DNA of 64,000 nt from a virus (taxonomy: Duplodnaviria > Caudoviricetes), in IMG/VR virus record IMGVR_UViG_3300026176_000228, positions 32,001 to 96,000 of that record, one strand, 5' to 3'. A program made the position numbers and the translations under genes. This document shows positions 59,844 to 64,000 of this stretch, in pieces. The notes below the pieces were generated by a model. That model had not been told where the DNA came from. It saw only the letters and a program-made list of their open reading frames with translations, and searched no databases. How positions within the stretch are numbered: position 1 is the first letter of the stretch; the number at the start of each line of letters is the position of its first letter.

Positions 59844-61575
59844 TAGAATTAGACCTCGATGCAGCCGCGGTGCTCTGCGGGTTGATGGGTTGGTCAATAA
59901 TAGTTTGGGCAGTCGGAAGATTAATTTCCGTGCCGGTTTCAGCCTCAATCGCGAGTTCCAATTGTTCAATTAGGGGGCCAAGGAATGCGACGAGTTGTTC
60001 ATCAGTCATGGTTTCGTAGGTAGGCAATTCTTTAATCGCGAGCAGGACACGGCGCAGGACTAAGGCTGTGTCCATCGCGCTACGTACCGGGGCTTTGACT
60101 TTCTCGCCTTCTGGTTCTTTGTGTTCTGGTAGACGCGCCATTTGGCGCAGGTGGCGTTCCAGTTCAGGATCAGGGCTGATGACTTCGCGGCCCACCAACT
60201 GATTGACGAAGGTTGCGATAGTCGCGAGGTCAGGAATCCCTACTTCGGAGGGCTGGACTTTGGGCAGACCTGTGATATCAGGAAAAACGTTGTAGCGTAA
60301 GAGGCGTGGAATCGCGATGCGATTGATGACATCCGCGATCTTCTGGAGCCACGCGATAATCGCGAGGACAAATAAATCATTTTGACTTCTGGCTAACGCA
60401 TAACTACCAATGCGATCCATGCCGAGCATGATGAATTGCGCGAGCACTGAAAGAGCTTTACGTCGATCCAGACGTTCGATAATCGCACCGACATCATGCG
60501 CGCGAGCGCCCCCTGCGGAAAGGAGTTCAATGAGCATACCTTGACCTTCCGCGGCATGGCCCATCTTAGGATGTGGCACGACGATCCCGGCCTGTTCATC
60601 GTTGCGCAGGTTGACAACTAAATCCTTAGCCAGTTCAAAGTCGGAGTTAGGGCCGGATGTGGTGCAGTCGTTACCGAGATAAACGACAGGGATACCCGCG
60701 AGGTCGCGTTCAACGCCAATACCTTCGATTTCCTGAAAATTCTTAGTAAAATAATATGCGGTGTACATGGCCCGATGGACTGGACGACCCCACGGCGTTC
60801 CAGCGGGAACGACTGTAGTACGAAAGATGAGTAAGCGTTCAATGGGAATAAATTGGGGACCATCGTCGGTCCATTGATTGATACCTTCAATGCCGCCTTG
60901 TTTATCGAGTACAAATTCATCACCGGAGACTAAGGTTTCCACGGGCCGCGGTGCCCACTTACGCCAACCAATGCGTCCGTCACTGTAATCTGAAGGACTG
61001 GCCCCTGGTACATCGGGTGGCTTGGGGCCAAGGCGTCGTTTGTAGACAATTTCCAGGGCCGTGACGCCTTGTTCCAGCATCAGTAGAATGTGGTCAAGCA
61101 CATCGACCCACGGGCTGGACATATCAAAGAGTGCTTCCTGGACGAATTTGGCACATGCCAAATCTGCTTCACTTTCGCTGACAGGCGCGACCCGCCAAGT
61201 AGCCTGCTTCAAAGAGTTCTCAATAGCAAAGAAGGTCGCGGCAATCACCGGATCATTCAGGCGCATCTCGCGCAAGATTTTCCAACGTGAGCTAGAACCA
61301 ATCGCGAGTTCGCGCAACGGTTCTTCATCATCTTGCAGCCAACGCGAATAACCGCTTTGACCTAACTCATTGAAATGCGGACGCTCGACCGGCGCAGTCG
61401 CGGCAGGCTGTGTTAGCATAGACTCAATGGCTTTGCGATCATAGCGGCGTTGATTGCCAGGGGTGCGCGCGGGCTTGAGTTTGCCATCGTTTTCCCAGCG
61501 CAAGAGACTACCGCGCGAGAAACCATAGAGTTGTTCGACTTGCGAGGCGGTGAGTAATTGTTCGGGTACAGGCAT
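59785..61575 (-). CDS. Portal protein (DUF935/Mu gp29-like) with N-terminal MerR-type HTH
   Basis: EMRLNDPVI, GVTALEIVY, EGIGVERDLAGIP, GSYALA and IPRLLRYN; LLRWENDGKLKPARTPGNQRRY HTH. Confidence 0.88.
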   Translation of the reverse strand: MPVPEQLLTASQVEQLYGFSRGSLLRWENDGKLKPARTPGNQRRYDRKAIESMLTQPAATAPVERPHFNELGQSGYSRWLQDDEEPLRELAIGSSSRWKILREMRLNDPVIAATFFAIENSLKQATWRVAPVSESEADLACAKFVQEALFDMSSPWVDVLDHILLMLEQGVTALEIVYKRRLGPKPPDVPGASPSDYSDGRIGWRKWAPRPVETLVSGDEFVLDKQGGIEGINQWTDDGPQFIPIERLLIFRTTVVPAGTPWGRPVHRAMYTAYYFTKNFQEIEGIGVERDLAGIPVVYLGNDCTTSGPNSDFELAKDLVVNLRNDEQAGIVVPHPKMGHAAEGQGMLIELLSAGGARAHDVGAIIERLDRRKALSVLAQFIMLGMDRIGSYALARSQNDLFVLAIIAWLQKIADVINRIAIPRLLRYNVFPDITGLPKVQPSEVGIPDLATIATFVNQLVGREVISPDPELERHLRQMARLPEHKEPEGEKVKAPVRSAMDTALVLRRVLLAIKELPTYETMTDEQLVAFLGPLIEQLELAIEAETGTEINLPTAQTIIDQPINPQSTAAASRSNSNVQSSPTNGTGQRPTGRTA

Positions 61576-61787
61576 GTGACCTCATAACAAAAGCGGGAGA
61601 GGCATGACAACCTCTCCCGCGGCAGACTAATCAGATGCGCTCAGATGTAAAATAGATTGGGTCAGTTCCACTCTCCTTTCACTAGATCAACAGCGCAACG
61701 AAAGCAATTTGGTTTCAGATGCACCTCCTTAGTTAGCGGATAGCTCCATCAAGGTGGATGATTGAGCAAAGTGTACTATCCTGCTGT

Positions 61788-61817
61788 AGTATACTGTACG
61801 ATTGCATGATTTGTCAA
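61788..61817 (-). promoter_or_regulatory. Promoter for the portal/terminase operon
   Basis: TTGACA-18-TATACT. Confidence 0.6.
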
Positions 61818-61851
61818 GAGGCTTTTAGGCTTGATTTAGAAAGGATTTACG

Positions 61852-62643
61852 ATGCGCCATACGCAGATGCATGACTGTGATTTATATGAAGCTAATTGTT
61901 TAGACCTGATGGCGACTATGGCAGACGAAAGTGTAGACTTGGCAGTAACCTCGCCGCCCTACTGGAATCAACGCAAGTACTCATACTGGCCGACTTACGC
62001 GGATTACATGACTGATGTGAAATTATGGGTCACTGAAGTTGCGCGGGTGCTGAAACCAGGGCGACATTGTTTTTGGGTTATACCAGATAAACTGCCGTGG
62101 CCCCCGAAGGAGAATGGAACTGATGAAAGATTGTATCTGCCGATTTACGCGGACACGGAGAGAATAACCGCGGAAGCTGGACTGGTATGTAAGTTTCCGA
62201 TTGTGTGGTTGAAGTATCAAGCCGCGCAACGCATGTTTGGTTCTTATCCTTACCCACCTACAATTATCCCTACACCCATGACAGAACGCATTTGTGTATG
62301 GCGTAAGCCCGGTAAACCAAATCTTACTCAAAAATCAAAAGAGAGTCGTATTTCACTGGACGACTGGAAATTGCTTAGCAAGGATGTATGGCAATTTCGT
62401 GCGCCAGATAACAAAATTCATCCTGGCGAGTATCCAATTGAACTACCACGAAATTGTATCAAACTATGGTCATTTGTCGATGACCTTATCTTTGACCCTT
62501 TTATGGGTTCCGCGACTACCGCCCTAGCCTGCGCTGAACTAGGCCGCAGATTTATCGGCAGTGAGTTGAGTACTGAATATTATGACATGGCTTGTAAAAG
62601 AGTCAAGTCGTATTACGATAATCAATTTGAACCATTGTTTTGA
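61852..62643 (+). CDS. DNA methyltransferase, beta class (SPPY, likely N4-cytosine)
   Basis: VTSPPYW, HPGEYP and FDPFMGSATT. Confidence 0.9.
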   Translation: MRHTQMHDCDLYEANCLDLMATMADESVDLAVTSPPYWNQRKYSYWPTYADYMTDVKLWVTEVARVLKPGRHCFWVIPDKLPWPPKENGTDERLYLPIYADTERITAEAGLVCKFPIVWLKYQAAQRMFGSYPYPPTIIPTPMTERICVWRKPGKPNLTQKSKESRISLDDWKLLSKDVWQFRAPDNKIHPGEYPIELPRNCIKLWSFVDDLIFDPFMGSATTALACAELGRRFIGSELSTEYYDMACKRVKSYYDNQFEPLF

Positions 62644-62658
62644 GAAAGGATTTATGCA

Positions 62659-63003
62659 ATGATTCACTTGCTATGCCCTAAAGATAAGGGTCTTCTTGGT
62701 CTTGTACCGACACCGGATGATGTGATTAGTTTGGGTTATCATTACTATGCGTGTGCAGAATGCGAAACAATCTATGCTGTCAATGAAAAGAGTTTGCGAA
62801 TTTACAAGCAGCTTCCTAAACGCGCGATCTGGTATGAATTGTTTTATTATCAATGCCCTAACTGCTATCGCGTGTATCCAGAACGCCAAGCGCGCTATAC
62901 GCCTAAGCCAGAAGATAAAGCCACGCGCGAACACTGGTTGATGGATGATATACCCTGCGCTAGTTGTGGTGGCGACGATGAAAGTTGGGTTCATTTACGA
63001 TGA
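62659..63003 (+). CDS. Zn-ribbon hypothetical protein
   Basis: Multiple CxxC motifs; AGAAAGGA RBS. Confidence 0.6.
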   Translation: MIHLLCPKDKGLLGLVPTPDDVISLGYHYYACAECETIYAVNEKSLRIYKQLPKRAIWYELFYYQCPNCYRVYPERQARYTPKPEDKATREHWLMDDIPCASCGGDDESWVHLR

Positions 63004-63386
63004 ATGATTTTACCACTCTTCTACCGCGCCATCTCCAACTCGCGCAATGGGTTAGTTGTAAGTCCAACTATAAAATTCAAGTTGGCGCGGTCATCGTCAA
63101 GCACAGCAAGCCTGTCGCGGTGGGTTGGAATACCGTCATGTCGCATCCGCGCTGGGTTACTGAAAAGTGCGCTACGCGGCATGCCGAAATTGCCGCGTTT
63201 GTCTCAACTGAAACTTCTCTGAAAGGAGCCACTGTCTATGTGTATCGCGCACATCGCGATGGCACACCCGCTTTAGCGCGACCTTGTGCTAACTGCCAAG
63301 CTGTCCTCGCGCACGCGGGTGTGAGAAGTATGGTTTATTCGATAACTGAATATCCTTATTTTAGAAAGGAATTGTTGGATGGCTGA
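63000..63386 (+). CDS. Cytidine/dCMP deaminase-family protein
   Basis: VGAVIV, HAE and PCANC motifs. Confidence 0.85.
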   Translation: MNDFTTLLPRHLQLAQWVSCKSNYKIQVGAVIVKHSKPVAVGWNTVMSHPRWVTEKCATRHAEIAAFVSTETSLKGATVYVYRAHRDGTPALARPCANCQAVLAHAGVRSMVYSITEYPYFRKELLDG

Positions 63387-64000
63387 AGTTTACAATATTC
63401 CGCTACGCTGTCCAGTCTGTGGCGCAGATGCACACGGGCAAGGTGTAGATGAAGATAATCGCTTCATCTCTGAAACCGCTAACTGTCCTGTCAAGCATTG
63501 GGGCATTGATTTTACACCGGGCAACTACCGCGTCTGTGTCAGTAGTCAGACCTGGACCTGGAATCACCAGACTTACCGCGAAGATTGTCGTAGGATTCAG
63601 AACGAGATAGCCGACGCGATTGGTCAACTTAGAAAGGAGTTAGGTTATGACTGATTACACCCTGCACTGTCCGGTTTGCAATCAACAGCTTACCGGGCAG
63701 ATTGATGCTGAAACCGAGGAAGCCCGCTGTCCTGAGGGGCATTGGGGTTTTGAATATGACCACGGTGTGTTCTTTGAGTTTGTTGGAGAACAGCAGTGGC
63801 ACTGGTCTAAGGATACGCCTTACGATGAAGTTGACCTGATTGACAGTCAAATCAACACAGCTATTCTAAACCTACAGGAGCAGTTAGATGCCTAACCTAC
63901 CTGATACTACTTGGGTGATGGCTTGTCCGGTCTGTGACGAGGAAGTTATCGGCAGAACTTGGCTGGAAGATAATAGTTCTGTTATAGAAAAAGTTTCCTG
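63379..64000 (+). CDS. Three tandem paralogous small Zn-binding proteins (63379-63654, 63647-63895, 63888 to window edge)
   Basis: Shared CPVC...G...CPxxHWG pattern; the third copy is partial. Confidence 0.65.

Overview
This window is part of a large tailed dsDNA bacteriophage (siphovirus-like) genome. The host is probably Chloroflexota; this is an inference from YxPxV-type motifs and Chloroflexi-like secreted proteins. Minus-strand virion genes occupy two blocks. The first (1-25.2 kb) holds the tape measure, a frameshifted tail chaperone, two tail-tube paralogs, head-tail proteins, glycosyltransferases, a patchwork of adhesin and glycoside-hydrolase genes, the major capsid, scaffold, TnpB and an XkdF-like protease. 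The second (55.1-61.6 kb) holds TerL, TerS, a metallophosphoesterase and the portal. Between them lies a ~29 kb, mostly plus-strand early region. The most striking feature is a 16-bp palindrome, TTTRGCATATGCYAAA, found about 38 times plus about 5 degenerate copies. It almost always sits between a stop codon and the next RBS, so the early region reads as an array of single-gene or ncRNA units. The array is preceded by a 1.9 kb non-coding region with iteron-like repeats and a ~600 bp hairpin-dense region. Three group I introns could be placed at nucleotide resolution: two in tandem around a 21-nt micro-exon in a glycosyltransferase, and one in the major capsid gene carrying an antisense HNH endonuclease. 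Also present are a LAGLIDADG intein in TerL, a MerR-HTH fused to the portal, and two degenerate tRNA-like elements. All calls come from reading motifs by eye; no database searches were run.
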